A stretch of 64,000 nt of DNA from Escherichia phage PECP14, in the sequence record OQ870555.1; one strand, 5' to 3'. The position numbers and the translations under genes were made by a program. Position 1 is the stretch's first letter. Every line of letters starts with the position of its first letter. The notes beneath the pieces were generated by a model that saw nothing but the letters and a program-made list of their open reading frames with translations, did no database searches and was not told where the DNA came from. Positions 63,875 to 64,000 of the stretch are shown piece by piece.

Positions 63875-64000
63875 TTAGTTCTGTACTGTAAATTCATTCT
63901 TATCACAGTGAGCATAATAATACCCATACATACGATAAATTTTCACAGCCTTAGTAGACCCCTTCGATTCTTCATAATCAATCCAGAGCCACTTGTCTTT
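63875..64000 (-). CDS. partial CDS (3' end only; gene continues beyond the window)
   Basis: Open frame running off the right edge and ending at TAA 63875-63877 (...HCDKNEFTVQN*). Confidence 0.35.
   Translation of the reverse strand, partial: KDKWLWIDYEESKGSTKAVKIYRMYGYYYAHCDKNEFTVQN

Overview
This window reads as a large segment of a T5-like (Tequintavirus-type) virulent siphophage genome, in three blocks. (1) 1-9800: a pre-early / first-step-transfer-like region with dense repeats, DnaA boxes, LexA-like palindromes and many terminator hairpins, small leftward genes (595-3790), and rightward A1 (metallophosphoesterase, 554 aa), an A2-like gene and dmp (HAD 5'-deoxyribonucleotidase). This ~10 kb may correspond to a T5-type terminal repeat. 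(2) 9800-39060: a short leftward cassette of translationally coupled small membrane-protein genes and the llp lipoprotein, then a rightward late module: receptor-binding protein (pb5-like), small and large terminase, HNH endonuclease, portal, Ig-like decoration protein, prohead protease, major capsid protein, neck proteins, tail tube (with Ig-like domain), chaperones, tape measure, Dit, baseplate hub, pb4-like protein, collar protein and two tandem L-shaped tail-fibre genes with C-terminal intramolecular-chaperone domains. (3) 39100-64000: a leftward early replication/nucleotide-metabolism module: dUTPase, flap endonuclease (D15), SbcCD-like D12/D13, SF2 helicase (D10), family-A DNA polymerase, DnaG-like primase, DnaB-like helicase, a split NAD-dependent DNA ligase, an origin-binding-protein-like helicase, tandem paralogues, a HAD-like phosphatase and a Sir2-like protein, driven by a family of near-identical sigma70-type promoters (TTGCTT-N17-TATAAT). 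All protein assignments rest on motifs read directly from the translations and on recalled T5 gene order and protein lengths; no database search was run. Most open to follow-up: the mirror-symmetric DnaA-box/LexA-box inverted repeats flanking the leftward pre-early block, the terminal hairpin repeats, the coupled small membrane-protein cassette beside llp, the Sir2-like/HAD cluster, and the double tail-fibre arrangement.
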